From Eledone cirrhosa (lineage: Eukaryota), in contig OZ024745.1 in the NCBI GenBank assembly GCA_964016885.1, positions 36,022,001 to 36,086,000 of the forward strand: a DNA stretch of 64,000 bases, in the 5' to 3' direction. Shown here piece after piece: positions 43,286 to 57,015 of this stretch. The position numbers were made by a program, and so were the translations under genes. The first letter of the stretch is position 1, and every line of letters begins with the position of its first letter. Below the pieces are notes generated by a model, which was not told the origin of the DNA, did no database searches, and saw nothing but the letters and a program-made list of their open reading frames with translations.

Positions 43286-43290
<5 letters not shown>
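42786..43290 (+). mobile_element. PLE pLTR fold-back with 146-bp apparently perfect arms (42786-42931 / 42997-43142) plus tail
   Basis: Read directly; hammerhead in each arm; (TA)n flanks. Confidence 0.88.
43034..43091 (+). ncRNA. Hammerhead motif with intact core (mirror copy at 42837-42894, minus)
   Basis: ATAC-CTGATGA-TATCACCGG..CCGGTCATT-GAAA-TGATCA-TA-GTAT-AATAAA. Confidence 0.75.
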
Positions 43291-43347
<57 letters not shown>

Positions 43348-43350
43348 GTG

Positions 43351-43406
<56 letters not shown>

Positions 43407-43524
43407 GTTTTGAATCAACATATATGATATGTTGATTTAAAACTGCACTATCCACAAGTGTTTTTTAACCTTCATATCATGTTTTCCTGTTTTATCGGAT
43501 GAAAACACAAATATTATTGCATGA

Positions 43525-43685
43525 GAGGGTCGGACGCCATGCTTTCCAGCATAGTTACGTCCCTTTACGATCTGAGTTCAAATCCCGCCGAGGTTGACTT
43601 TGCCTTTCATCCTTACGGGGTCGATAAAATAAAGTACCAGTAATACACTGGGATAATTGCTGGCCTTGTGCCTAAAGTAGAAACA
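43525..43685 (+). mobile_element. S1 SINE with 12-bp TSD
   Basis: TSD ATTATTGCATGA at 43513-43524 and 43686-43697. Confidence 0.92.
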
Positions 43686-43759
43686 ATTATTGCATGATGA
43701 TATTTGTTTTTGAAATGCGCATAATAAAATACATGGAACTCTTTTAACCATCTTTAGTT

Positions 43760-44002
<243 letters not shown>

Positions 44003-45635
44003 TATATATATATATATATATATTTTTTTTTTTTTATTTATTTATTTATATATACTACAACATTGTAAATTGTGTCAATGTAAGGCATCAATATCGATCT
44101 CATATTCAGGCATCAATTTGTACTATATTTCATGAATGCCGAAATGAAGAAAGGTAATTTGTCTGGCAATGATATACAACGTCGATGCTCAACCCAACAA
44201 TAGTTTTCATTTTCCGAATATTAACATAAGATAGTAGTATAACGTTGGTATCCTTTGTAATCTCTCTACAGTAAATAAAAATTGCAATGTTCGTATCTGA
44301 TGCTTATCCTCATTGGCAGCAGGATTATTGGTTCCTTTTGCTCACTCTTCCAACATTAATAATGCCCCTCTAAAATATCTCCAATCCTCTCCTATATATC
44401 ATTTACTACAAATAATTCATATAACAGGCTAACATTTTAAATATCAATTTTATGTTATAATATATATCTTACTAAGTGCTATATTTATGGTGTTCTCTCC
44501 ATTTCCTTAATAGTTATTTTCACATGTTGTTTTCCCGCAGCATAAATTAAATTAGACGTTTCATGAGAATAAGCGTTGATTTCCTTCATTTTCAAAGCGG
44601 TCTACCTACAATTGAATGTTTATATATCAAAAGCTATGATTATGTGGTTGGCCTATTATTTGGACAGCAGTATTTACATGATAACATTATCAAGCCTCTA
44701 AACCTTGTACGTATGCCCTTTATTTGTAGATAACATAACATCTGTGTTACTCTACTGCTAGTGTTACTTATTGTCCGACCATTCAGCAGCTTCCCTATTA
44801 GCTGGCACATAATCTTTTATACGCCTTCCTTCAGTTGCTAACCACTTCCCCAAGATAATATAGGTTCTTCAGAGGCTCAATCATTTTGGTACCTTACATG
44901 TATCAACGTAGTGGTTTAATGGGACGCCCATACGGTTTGGTTTCATATATACGTCTACCATTTAATATGCAACTGTTTTTGCGTTCCTGGCCGTTTAGAA
45001 ATGTCAACCAAATTTCCTAGAAATCTTCTAGATACATTATAGATGACAAAAGTCCATGCTTTTTAACTGGAGGTCTTTATTGTAGATCCTCAGAATCATG
45101 GCTGATTCACATCAGTAGCTTTCTCTTATTCAACACCTATGGATCACGGTATAATTATGAAAGTATCGTGATGAAGAACTGTTTTTACGTATGAAATATT
45201 TATGACGATGCAAAATGTTCCATTAGTCACAGTGCGAAACTAACATTTGCTGCAAATTTATTTAGATATGTGAAGGCTTCATTTAATTTAAATACTAAAA
45301 AAGAAAAAACAACTAATTGTTGACTCGAAAGTAAATGTGTGTGTAGTTGGCATTCATTGAAATAGTTTGAAAACTACGCATGAATACCTGTTAAAACAGA
45401 CAAATGCCATGAACGACAGCATGTAAGTCGGGTAAAAATAACTTAAGCAATGGCCAACCGTCGGCAAAGAGAAAAGTAAAACTGCGAGGTGGGTGACATT
45501 AAGATGAAACAGAAAAGAATCAGAGAGGAGGGGAAGAAGTGCATTGGCATGTAGAAATGACATGAAGAAAGAAAGGAAGACACATTTGAGTTATAAATGA
45601 TAAAACATTCACACACACGCGCGCGTGCATCTTAC

Positions 45636-45709
45636 CTCTTCAGCTCTCAAAAAGGCCCGTGGAGGAGTGCATTTTTAAAGCCATCTCATACAACAGAAAA
45701 TAAACAATC
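45636..45709 (-). other. Candidate non-coding (5'UTR-like) exon
   Basis: TTTTTCTTAACAG| acceptor and GAG|GTAAGA donor; all three frames closed; adjacent CpG-richer unique region. Confidence 0.35.
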
Positions 45710-46909
45710 CTGTTAAGAAAAACAGACAGACACATCATACAGCGAAGTAAAGCGCGTCTGTCAGCATAACGCCGCCAATAGAAAGCACAGTATTAGCAGT
45801 TCGCAAGTGTCAGCATGTGATAGTGACAGCGGGAGCAGCAAGTACACTTCTGACGTTTCTCGTAATTAGCCGTATATCGCTGCTAGAAAAAAGGCCTCAT
45901 ACTGTGTATGAAACCTATCCTGGCGCTGTCAAGGTTAACCCTTGCTTGGAATAATTGCCTTGGAATAAACGCTTGTTGTATTGTTCCACACCATCAGCTG
46001 TAGGTAAAATGTCTTCGGTTAAGACTCATTGATTAACTCTGATTAATATCCATGACCTTATCATGGTAATCCAATATTCTGTACACTTATAACTTACATC
46101 TCATTAGTTTTAGCTACTGATTTCTACACAACACAATGAAGTGAAACAACAATCATTTGCTAGACAATGAGGTGTAATTTTCTACTTTTTCTAGAATATA
46201 TATAGTTCTGTCATTGAGGAATATCTTCGTTTGATTATTACTAACACTTTACTTTAAAAACAAAATAACGTGTTGATTTGAGTTCAGTTCATATGGTTTG
46301 TTTATTTTGTTATTTAATAAATCGGTGTCAAACAAAGATAAAAAGTTACATTAATAATCGTATTAAAAAGATACATAACCGTGTAAGTAATATTTTAAAA
46401 TGAAAATCAATAAAACAGATGTTATGTTCCTTATTCAATATTCCAGGTAATGAAATATATGCAACATATTCACAATATATAACGAACACAATCGTTTGAA
46501 CGTAAGCATAGGTTTTAAGACTAGTATTACTAAAACAATATACAATCAGCTTCGATATAATATAGTTCATATGATTTCTGTTTGTGCGTAGAATAGGTTT
46601 ATGGTAGAATAAGATGCCTAACAGATGATGCCTTCATCATTTTCAGATAAACTCTTACAGGTGATAGAGGCGTTTGTGATACGTTTTACAAATAACTATT
46701 TTAAATACGTATTGTAACAATGTACAACATCTTGAAGACTCTCGTATATACACAATGATATATAATTATAAATAGGCGAAACTCCAGAGTAAAAGGCTCG
46801 CATTGTAGCCTTAATATAAATGAATATTAAAAATCTTCTCTGGTATTGAGTATTTATTTCTCTCAGACGTCAAGTACATACGGGTATGCATATATGTGTG
46901 TGTGTGTGT

Positions 46910-48448
46910 GATACTTGATAGAGTAATCCAAAGGATATTTATCCATGTTCAGTATTGGTTTAAAATCCTATTGACTGAAGAGTGCTCGACTTTGAAAGGG
47001 CTGGAGGGTGCCAATCTCATAAAAATGTAGAATATGCTGCGATCATTCCCTTGGGAGCTGTATAAGTATTGTAGTTTCCGTTGAAAATTGAAAAAAGTCA
47101 TAGGAGTGAAGCGTGCTCTATATACCAGAGCAAAATTTAATGTTTAATAAACAATACAATATAATTACCTCATTACCAGAGGTTTCCCGAATAAGACGGA
47201 TACGAAAAACGTCCTCATTCGTTCGTCGGACAAGGCAATTTAAAACATAGTGAAATATTTGGAAAGTTTCCTCAAGAAATGCAAAACATATATAAATAAA
47301 AGTAATGAAAGAGATATATAAAACAATATAAGGAAATATAGTTAGGGTATGTGTATATGCATGTATATAAGAAATCACCCAGAGAACATCAAAATTGCTC
47401 CTGTAGAGTCAAAAGTGAATGCCCATTACAAGGTAAATGCAACACCAAAGCCATTGTATATGCGGCTAAAGTGACAACCATCAGCAACAACCAACCAGCA
47501 ATCAGCGAACGATTGTGCGTATGACACAAGACAAATTCAAAACGCGTTATTACTCACATGTCGCATCTTTCCGCCATCCAGAAAAAAAGATTCACAACAG
47601 CTCTGGCTAGCAGAATATGGGATTTGAACGACCAATGTATCCAATATAAATTGGATTGGTCAATTTTGAACCAATCTAAAGAATATGCAAGAGGAACAAG
47701 AATTTGCACACTCTGCATAAGTGAAAAATATTGGATTTTACAGAACCTTAAATCACCAAAAACCTGCCTAAATACAAAAACAGAAATGTTCACACATGAA
47801 ATCACACTTGCTTTCCAGCTCATATAAACTTAACTCACTTTCAGATACTTATCCTCCATAAACTCCTTTTCTTCACTTTCCTTAATGTATCCTCTTCACA
47901 GACTTCTCTTTCTGATTTACTTTCATTTTTAACTTTATTTTTAATTTTATTTTTATTTTTACTTCACATCCACCAGTAACCCCCCCCCCTCCCGCCCCTA
48001 CTTTTCGATTCACTGACCTAATATCTTCACATTCTACATTTTACTTCCCCATTTTCTTTCACTACCTGATACCTGGGTCACTTGTGTTTTCCACTCCAGA
48101 TATATTCTGTTGTTTCGCAGCCGATTTTATATTTGTACTCATTTATTCATATGGCTGATTTATCATCTGTATCTATGTGTCTGAGTGTGCTTATGCGTGT
48201 ATACGTTCTGTATATGTATACGAACGGCTCCGTATGTGTGCGTGCGTACGTATATATATGTGTGTGTATGTGTGTTTTTATATCTATCTTTTTTTATATC
48301 TATGTTTTTTACATTCTTATTTTTACGTGTGTGTGTATGCGGGTAAATGCATGTGTATGTATATGTGTATATGTATGTATGGGTGTGTATGTATATGTGT
48401 ATATATATATATAGTCGCGTACGTACGTGTGATTAGATATACATGGGG

Positions 48449-48488
<40 letters not shown>

Positions 48489-49205
48489 GTGCCTCGTGTG
48501 TATGTATGTACGCATGCATGCGCTTTTGTCTGTACGTATTTGTGTGTATACATATTTTTTTATATATATATATGTGTATGTACGTGCGTACCTATGTTTC
48601 TTTTCTCTAGTGTTAATTGATTACTTTCTCTGTGATTTAAAATTTTTTTCATTCTCATATATTGTTTCATTTTTATACATATATCGAGAATGACACTTCT
48701 TTTTACTATTACACTCCCTTCCCTCTTTATCTTCCGCATATAAGAGACCGCGCGTGTGTGTGTGTGTTTATACGCGTGCTTTCATACTCGTATGTGTATT
48801 TAATACCTGTATCTGGATGCGTGTCAACTATATTTTCATACAATTTCTTTTTCAACTCATATTATATACGTATTTGTGGTCACATATACACAAATATACT
48901 TGCCCTCATATATGTACTTACGCACACATTTTCACCATACACATGCATTTGTACATACACACATATGTACATTTGTGAGTGTATATACATACATATACAC
49001 ATACCGTAACTATATTTCTTTATATTGTTTTATATATCTCTTTCATTACTTTTATTTATATATGTTTTGCATTTCTTGAGGAGACTTTCCAAATATTTCA
49101 CTATGTTTTAAATTGCCTTGTCCGACGAACGAATGAGGACGTTTTTCGTATTCGTCTTATTCGGGAAACCTCTGGTAATGAGGTGATTATAGTGTATTGT
49201 TTATT
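46910..49205. mobile_element. PLE insertion with inverted pLTR (47147-47369 / ~48980-49205) and GIY-YIG remnant (47370-47830, plus)
   Basis: WSILNQSKEYARGTRICTLCISEKYWIL..LNTKTE resembles a PLE endonuclease C-terminus; hammerhead variant in both arms. Confidence 0.8.
49116..49183 (+). ncRNA. Hammerhead variant (CCGACGA core, A.G); mirror copy at 47168-47235, minus
   Basis: CCTTGT-CCGACGA-A-CGAATGAGGACG..CGTCTTATTCG-G-GAAACC-TCT-GGTA-ATGAGG. Confidence 0.65.
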
Positions 49206-49209
49206 ATAC

Positions 49210-49269
<60 letters not shown>

Positions 49270-49273
49270 CATG

Positions 49274-49317
<44 letters not shown>

Positions 49318-49426
49318 TAAAAGGAAAAGAGAATGCTGACAAATTGTTCCCAGTTAAAAATAGTTTAATTAGGAATAAGCAAAACTCAGTAATAAGTATT
49401 GGTTAGTATTCAGTTTTAGTTTTAAA

Positions 49427-49463
49427 TTTTTACCGGTTGCGCATTTCTAATGCTTTTCAAAAA
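49427..49463 (-). ncRNA. Degenerate U3-A8 hammerhead-like motif
   Basis: Minus strand: TTT-TTGAAAA-GCAT-TAGAA-ATGC-GCAA-CCGG-TA-AAA. Confidence 0.4.
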
Positions 49464-49540
49464 TAATTTTGAGATAGAGCGCCCGTGATGTTTGCTCTAA
49501 TCTCTAATCTCATATATATATATATATATGCTTATATAAT

Positions 49541-49727
49541 TGTTTCTACTTTTGGCACAAGGCCAGCAATAAACCAGTGTATTACTGGTACTTTATTTTA
49601 TCGACCCCGTAAGGATGAAAGGAAAAGTTAACCTCTGCGGGATATGAACTCAGAATGGCAAGAGTCGTAACTCTACGCGTCAAAGCATGGCGTCCTACCC
49701 TTTACCGATACTGCCAATCCATCGCCC
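49541..49727 (-). mobile_element. S1 SINE
   Basis: Family homology; TSD ATGCWTATATAAT. Confidence 0.9.
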
Positions 49728-50047
49728 TTAAATGCATATATAATTAAAACATATTTTAATGTGTAAGAACACTATTGATGATAATTTGTAATATTGGAAA
49801 TTATCAAAATTGTGAGAGAGTTTCCAAATAATGTAATCTGTTTTACTAATTGACAGGTGATTCTAATAATTGAAATGTATGGCTTATATATATCTATTGC
49901 AGCCAAGGCCAAGTGGTTAAGGCGTTCGCTTCGTAATCATGAGGTTGCCATTCTTCTCCATTGTGTGGCATCTATATTTAACTCATTGACGCGGGTCTAA
50001 TGTACTATTAACTCGATACCTGGCTATGATACCTGGCTATGATAAGT

Positions 50048-50229
50048 CGGTGGATTGGCAGTATCGGTAGAGGGTCGGACGCCATGCGTTCCAGCATAGT
50101 TACGTCCCTTTACGATCTGAGTTCAAATCCCGCCGAGTTTGACTTTGCCTTTCATCCTTACGGGGTCGACAAAATAAAGTACCAGTAATGCACTGGGTAA
50201 TTGCTGGCCTTGTGCCTAATGTAGAAACT
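50048..50229 (+). mobile_element. S1 SINE
   Basis: Family homology. Confidence 0.9.
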
Positions 50230-51282
50230 ATTATAGGTATTGGATAGACTTTAATTCTGTGAAACCCTGTCGGAGGGAGTGGCCCTTTATGTGATATTTC
50301 CAGCATACATACAGAGACTCTTAGGAGTGGAAATAGCGTTAAGAATAGCGTTAAATTAGGTTCGACGACAACGACACCTAACTTTATCGGTCTTTGTCGA
50401 TCCATTGGAGAAGACATTTGCTAGATATCGACAAATCACCCTTCCCAGCATTATCTATTGGAGAGGCAAACACATAGGCAATCAGTCTTGGGTGCAACTC
50501 CCATGATCGAATAGAGACAATAATTTTCCTTCCATTCAGAAAATTTCTCAAGTTCTTTTCAAAATATCAAATCGATCTCACTTAAAAATGGCAAATTTAA
50601 AGAGAGAGATCCGGGGAATATGTAAGATATAGAGTTGACTTGATGCTTCAAGTGAAATCAAACAACATTTAAATTTAAGTCAGTATGTTGGCGATCAATT
50701 TTATCTGGAATTGTAGTGAACATTTACATGTATATAACATTTCTGAAATCTCAAGTTATTTCCTTGTTGAGTATTATTTCTTTATTCTTCAGAGAGATTC
50801 AATTCTGTAATATGGAAATTTCCTTCATCTGTGAAAATATTTTTCTCTTTGACATTTATTGAACAATTCTTTGCATTCACACAACATGCAAAGACACAAA
50901 CAATCTATGTTTCTTTCTCGTATCTCTCTTTTCTTAGACTGTTTATCATTGCTTTGATTATATTCCATATTCAGCATTTCTTTGCATTTCCCTGTCTATG
51001 AACCTACCGGAACTCTAATTTCTTTCTGGCGCTTATTTTCTTAAAATTCCTAAATCATTTTGTATATTAAATGAGAAAATTGCACATCAAGCAGAAACTA
51101 GACAAATCCGAATACTTGAAAATCTGCCGCATTCCCTCGGAAAAAACTCCAGGATACAGTCTATCATTCAAACATAATAGCCAATACAGTATTTTTTTTT
51201 TACATTCTACTGTATATATATATATATACAGAGGAGAGAGGGAGAGAGAGAGAGAAAGGAGAGAGAGAGGAGAGAGAGAAGG

Positions 51283-51356
<74 letters not shown>

Positions 51357-51580
51357 GAGAGATTGATATTTAAATGGATACATATAAAGAATATTATAAC
51401 GAATATAATGAAAGGAAATAAATCTTGCCCGTACTCTGTGGTACACAACACGAATTTCTGCTTGAAAACATTGTTGTTCAACACATGCAAATACACAAAC
51501 ACATCAACTTCACTCACACACATATATATGCGTATATTATTATCTCTCTCTCTCTTTCTCTTTCTCTCTCTCTCTCTCTC

Positions 51581-51639
<59 letters not shown>

Positions 51640-52005
51640 AAAAAGAGATGAAATCGAAAATGCAAAAGAGAGGGGGGGGTTGTCACAGGTTGTTTTTTCA
51701 TATATGAGTGTTTGAATTTCTTTTTACTTGAAAAAAGGAGGCTCACGAAGGCTTTTTTTGGTTGGTTATAAATGAAATTTGGCTGTCACGTGAACAAGTT
51801 TTTATTACATTTTTGCGCCCTTATTTGGAAAACTATTCTGTAGTCTTTATAGTGAATGTTATGACAATGGAGAGATAGTGGTCAAGAGAAAAGGGATTGG
51901 GAGAAATGTTCTGGTTCAGTGAATATGGCCAGCTCGCCGGGGTGTCAGAGTTCAGATTTTCTATTGAGACTGAAGATATGTATGTTTATTTGTGTGCTTG
52001 TGTGT

Positions 52006-52068
<63 letters not shown>

Positions 52069-52541
52069 TATTGGAAGATGATTCTATTAGTAGAGATGGG
52101 GGAGGGAGTTGTGTGTGTGTGTAAATGGGTGTTATGTGTGTGTGTGCGAGTATGTTAAGGTGGAGAGAATATATATTTTGTGTGTGTGTATATATATATG
52201 TGTGTAGGAAAGGGGTTCTATTAGTAGAAATGGGGAGGGAGTTGTAGGTGTGGGGGTTGTCATGTGTGTGTATGGGTGTTATGTGTGTGGGAGTATGGTT
52301 AGCATGTTAAGATGAAGAGAATATATATATATATATATATATAGTGTGTGTGTGTAGGAAAGTGATTCCTTTAGTAGGAATATTTTTGAATGAACATATT
52401 TTCCTTACTTTTTCGTGTTTGCTGTTGTATTGCCAGTGCAAACGTATGTTAAGGTTTATTTAGTTCGGGTTTTTATTTTCTAAAGTAGAAGGTGTTATGT
52501 GTGTGTGTGTATGTCATATTGTGGTGTTGACATAATGTATA

Positions 52542-53714
52542 TTAAACCTTATTTAATGTTGGTCTATATTTTTGAATAAACATATTTTCCTTATTTATTC
52601 GCATTTGTTCTGCTGTATTGTTAGCGCAAAGGTAAAATGGGAAGACTTGGAATTTGGGTGTCTTATTACTTGCACAAATGTCTAGATGTGCACTTAGTGG
52701 TATCTGTCTCGTGGTTGGATCTCGTAATTGTTGGCGATGAACTGTCATTCTGTTTCTGAGTGTGAGTTTAGTTTGTCCTATCTAATCTTCATTGCATCCT
52801 TTACAATAAATGGCATAAATTAGATTTTTTGATGAGCAAGTGAAGTGATTTTTTACAGTAAAATTTTGCCCTGATTTAAATGTATACGTGTTACCTTCAA
52901 TGAGGTGAGTGCAGGTTCCACAATTAGAGCGACCACATTTTTTGATACTTGGTTGTGGGTTTGTGGTAGGTAATTTGGCATTGGTGAGTAATGTTTTCAG
53001 TGATTTTGGTTGTCTTTTGCTTTTGATTATTTTGTGTGTTTCAAGGGCTTTTTTCATTCTTGGGTTTTGTTTTAGTAGTGGGATGTTATTGTGAATAGTG
53101 TTGTAAGCTTCCGCATTTCTTGGGTTGTGTGTTGAGATATATGATAGAATATTGGACGTACCTTGAATTTGTTTCTGTTTCCGTAATTCATCAATACCTA
53201 TTGCTTTAGCCCTTTCTATTCCATTATTTATTAGTAATAGTGGGTACTCTCTCTCAAGTAGAATTTCCTTTAATTCTTGAAGTCTTTTATTTCGCGTTTC
53301 ATAATTGGAGACAATTGTGCAAATTCTTCTTGCTAGGTTAAAAGGAATGTTCGTCTTCGTGTGCTTTGGATGGTTGGAGGTGAATAGCAGATATTGTTTG
53401 GAATCTGTTGGTTTGTAGTGTATGTCAGTTTCGATATTTGTGTCTTTTTTTAAGATTAAGATGTCCAGAAATGGGAGTTGATCTTGGCTGTATTCCATTG
53501 TGAATTGGATGTGGTTATTGATGCCGTTTATTAAGTTTTTGAAATCCTTCAGTTGGTCGAGTGTGTGGGACCAAAGAATGAGGCAATCGTCCAAGTAGCG
53601 TTTCCAATTCTCTGATAAATATTTGTGGAAGTTCAATCCGTATTTTGATTTGGACTTTTCATATATCTGGACTTCTAAGTATGCCATGACTAAGTTGGCA
53701 TAAGTTGGAGCGGC
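52542..53714 (-). pseudogene. PLE RT (motif B' to thumb), Cys-rich linker and GIY-YIG endonuclease; one stop at 52782
   Basis: APTYANLVMAYLE, WKRYLDD, FTME, LPFLD, YKPTD..YL..S.HP, CGRSNCGTC, NLIYAIYCKGC..*IGQT..R..H..H. Confidence 0.92.
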
Positions 53715-53725
53715 TTATTACACAC

Positions 53726-53784
<59 letters not shown>

Positions 53785-53898
53785 TCTTCATCTTAACATG
53801 CTAACCATACTCCCACACACATAACACCCATACACACACATAACAACCACCACACCTACAACTCCCTCCCCATTTCTACTAATAGAACCACTTTCCTA

Positions 53899-53938
<40 letters not shown>

Positions 53939-54456
53939 TACACACACACAAGCACACAAATAAACATACATATCTTCAGTCTCAATAGAAAATCTGAACT
54001 CTGACACTCCGTCGAGCTGGCCATATTCACTGAACCAGAACATTTCTCCCAATCCCTTTTCTCTTGACCACTATCTCTCCATTGTCATAACATTCACTAT
54101 AAAGACTACAGAATAGTTTTCCAAATAAGGGCGCAAAAATGTAATAAAATCTTGTTCACGTGACAGCCAAATTTCATTTATAACCAACCAAAAAAAGCCT
54201 TCGTGAGCCTCCTTTTTTCAAGTAAAAAGAAATTCAAACACTCATATATGAAAAAACAACCTGTGACAACCCCCCTCTCTTATTTGAAGAACTATTGTAA
54301 CGCGAACTGGCGCGAAATTTATTATAATTATTGACAAACCAATCAAATTACTTCTCGAAAAACCTGGAATTTCGAGCCACTTTTTCCATATAAAACAAGT
54401 AACATTCAGAGACCAACCAGATGTGAGAAAAACCACAGACCCTCCGTCTCAACTCA

Positions 54457-54494
54457 CCTTTTGAAAAGCAGAAGAACTGCGAAACCGGTAAAGG
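54457..54494 (+). ncRNA. Minimal hammerhead with compensatory U3-A8 core
   Basis: CCTT-TTGAAAA-GCAG-AAGAA-CTGC-GAAA-CCGG-TA-AAGG followed by AATAAA. Confidence 0.7.
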
Positions 54495-54632
54495 AACCAA
54501 ATAAATATATATATTTAAAAAAAGAAAAATAAATAAGACTTCAGTTGCATTTTCGATTTCATCTCTTTTTCTTTATACTTTCACTCGTGCAGGACACCTC
54601 GGTTATTTTTCATTTTGTAAAAAAAACCTCAC

Positions 54633-54669
<37 letters not shown>

Positions 54670-54745
54670 TATATATATATATATATATATTTTACATATT
54701 TATCTATTATTATTACTATATATATATATAGTAATATATGTATAA

Positions 54746-54865
54746 ATAAACACAGTAAATTTCGTGTCTAAAATTACGAGGGTAAAGAATACCACAAATG
54801 TTTTAAATATTTAATCTTAAACATACAGTCAGTATAATTTTAGACACGAAATTGACTGTCTTTAT
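54746..54865. repeat. Fold-back with ~31-bp arms next to a (TA) tract
   Basis: ATAAACACAGTAAATTTCGTGTCTAAAATTA / TAATTTTAGACACGAAATTGACTGTCTTTAT. Confidence 0.75.
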
Positions 54866-55255
54866 ATTACTAATAAATGCTCAGTATTTATACTTTGAGC
54901 TGAGCTTGTTTAATTGCAGGATATCAATATGAGTTAATAACTCTGTATTCTATTTGATTTGTATATATACACTGGCTGATTGGCCTATCGGGCAACCGGG
55001 CAAATGCCAGAACGGCCGGTGTGCCAGAGGGCCGGTGCTGCTGCGAACACTTTTAACAATATTTTGGTCACTGATACTGCAGCTTGCAGTGTGGCCAGCC
55101 TGCCTGCATGCCGAAGAATGTTAGTACTATGTTGTGTAGCATGGTCATTGGCAGGGCCGGCGCTACTGTTAGGCGAACTAGGCGCTTGCCTCGGACGCAA
55201 AAAAATACTACAACTTTAAAAAATACTACAAATGAAAAACGTGTTATGATATAAT

Positions 55256-55431
55256 TGTTTCTATTTTAGGCACAATTACCAGTACATTACTGTACTTTAT
55301 TTTATCGACCCCCGTAATGTTGAAAGGCAAAGTTAACCTCGGCGGGATTTGAACTCAGATCATAAAGGGACGTAACTCTATGCTTCAAAGTATGGTGTCC
55401 GACTTTCTACCTATACTGCCAATCCACCTCC
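55256..55431 (-). mobile_element. S1 SINE within the inner hAT
   Basis: TSD TATGATATAAT at 55245-55255 and 55432-55442. Confidence 0.9.
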
Positions 55432-56424
55432 TATGATATAATAATTATTAAAAAGGTATTTACAATAGTTATTTTAATTAAAAATTGCAATAATAACTTA
55501 TTTTGTTTTAATGTGGAGCGTACCTAAATCCCCCTCGAATTCGTAGAAACTGAATGCTTTCGAATTCTCGGAAAAAGGTAGCGTACATAAATTCTTCCTC
55601 GAATTCGTAGAAACTGACTACTTGCGAATTCTAGGAATATTGGTTGTTGCTGACTTTCACACTGATTGACCTTACTGACAAACTGACCAACCGCGACCAG
55701 GGGCGGATCTTCAGTGCAACAGAAAATCTTAACACTGAAAGACATGCATATTAGTCGTTCCCAACATGTATTTCGTTCAACAGATAGTTCTCAAACGAGA
55801 ACACGGGATAATCTGTTGTCCTCACCGAACGACTATAACCCAACAAATCTCTATGTAACATTCATACAGAAAATACGACGTCTACAAACTGTCAACAACT
55901 AACCAAGGTAATCTTGTATTCTACGCATACAGCTTATAAACTTTGCCACACAAATATGTATTTCTTTTATGACATCTGTAAACACACTTGGAGAATGCGT
56001 TCATACAATAAATATATGTTCAAAAATACTTTGACTAGATTTTGTTGTTCCAATACAATTAACGTTTAACGCAGCCTAAAGCCTTCTGATACTATTTCTA
56101 ATTTGGAATCAAACAAGATAGTAAAATAACCAAAACCACGCATTTTCTATACTAGATAATATACTATATTGGATGTTATGGTTCATTCACTACAATGGCA
56201 ATTTTCTATAAATGTATTGATATGTGAAATGAACTTTTAAAAGTTCATGTACTTTATTTTTTTAATTATAATTTACCATATTAACATTTTTATTTAATAT
56301 ATATAAAATAATATAATTTAAATTAATATGGCTTAATAATATTTGTTAAAAAATAATTCTTTTTTTCAGATGATATAAATAATTCATTTAGGGATGAGGA
56401 TAGGAATAAGGACAAGTTATTTTT

Positions 56425-56969
56425 GGCGATATCCAATTTTAGTGGACTAAATGCTGCTTACGTGCTGTAGTTGCTGCTTACTTCAATGTATGAGGCTATT
56501 CCAACAAATTAACATTCCCTTTTTTTTAGCCGTTAAAAGAAATATCGATTTATTTATTGTTTTTTTTTTGCGATTTATTTGCCACTGGGGCATAGATTTC
56601 TTTATTTCCCTGGCAGAAAGGTCGCACACTTTCTACGGGTGTGTGTGTGACCCCAAAAGGCTGCCTCTCTATTGAGGACTTAATTTTTTATATTCCTTTT
56701 TAATCACTCGTTAAATGTTTGTACTTGATTTTTGTAAAACTTCCTCCGCCTAATGCTCTAGTGGCAAATAAATCGCAAAAAAAAACAAACAAACAAACAA
56801 AAACGTGGCAAATAAATCGCAAAAAAAAACGAAACAATAAATAAATCTATATTTCTTTTAACGGCTAAAAAAAAGGGAATGCAAATTTGTTGGAATAGCC
56901 TCATACATTGAAGTAAACAGCAACTACAGCACTTAAGCAGCATTTAGTCCACTAAAATTGGATATCGCC
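56425..56969. mobile_element. MITE with ~160-bp TIRs, GG termini and 8-bp TSD (Merlin-like; Mutator possible)
   Basis: GGCGATATCCAATTTTAGTGG... / ...CCACTAAAATTGGATATCGCC; TSD TTATTTTT at 56417-56424 and 56970-56977. Confidence 0.8.
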
Positions 56970-57015
56970 TTATTTTTTAGTATATCATATTGCACTAAGC
57001 TATTATTTTTTTAGC

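Larger units (their letters stand above)
51637..54640. mobile_element. Neptune-type PLE insertion with inverted 3'UTR/pLTR (51637-52350 vs 53719-54575)
   Basis: RT-GIY-YIG fragment lies between inverted copies; (TA)n on both sides. Confidence 0.88.

Noticed and set aside
44700-45130. RTE-like RT remnant (LYYLGEVVS, minus strand)
   Set aside because: A single weak motif, insufficient to call.
49900-49960. tRNA gene
   Set aside because: Only an A-box/anticodon-like half is present, with no T-arm or acceptor stem; more likely a SINE head remnant.
54282-54544. Block missing from the left arm interpreted as a spliced intron
   Set aside because: It ends in CAG but has no GT/GC donor.
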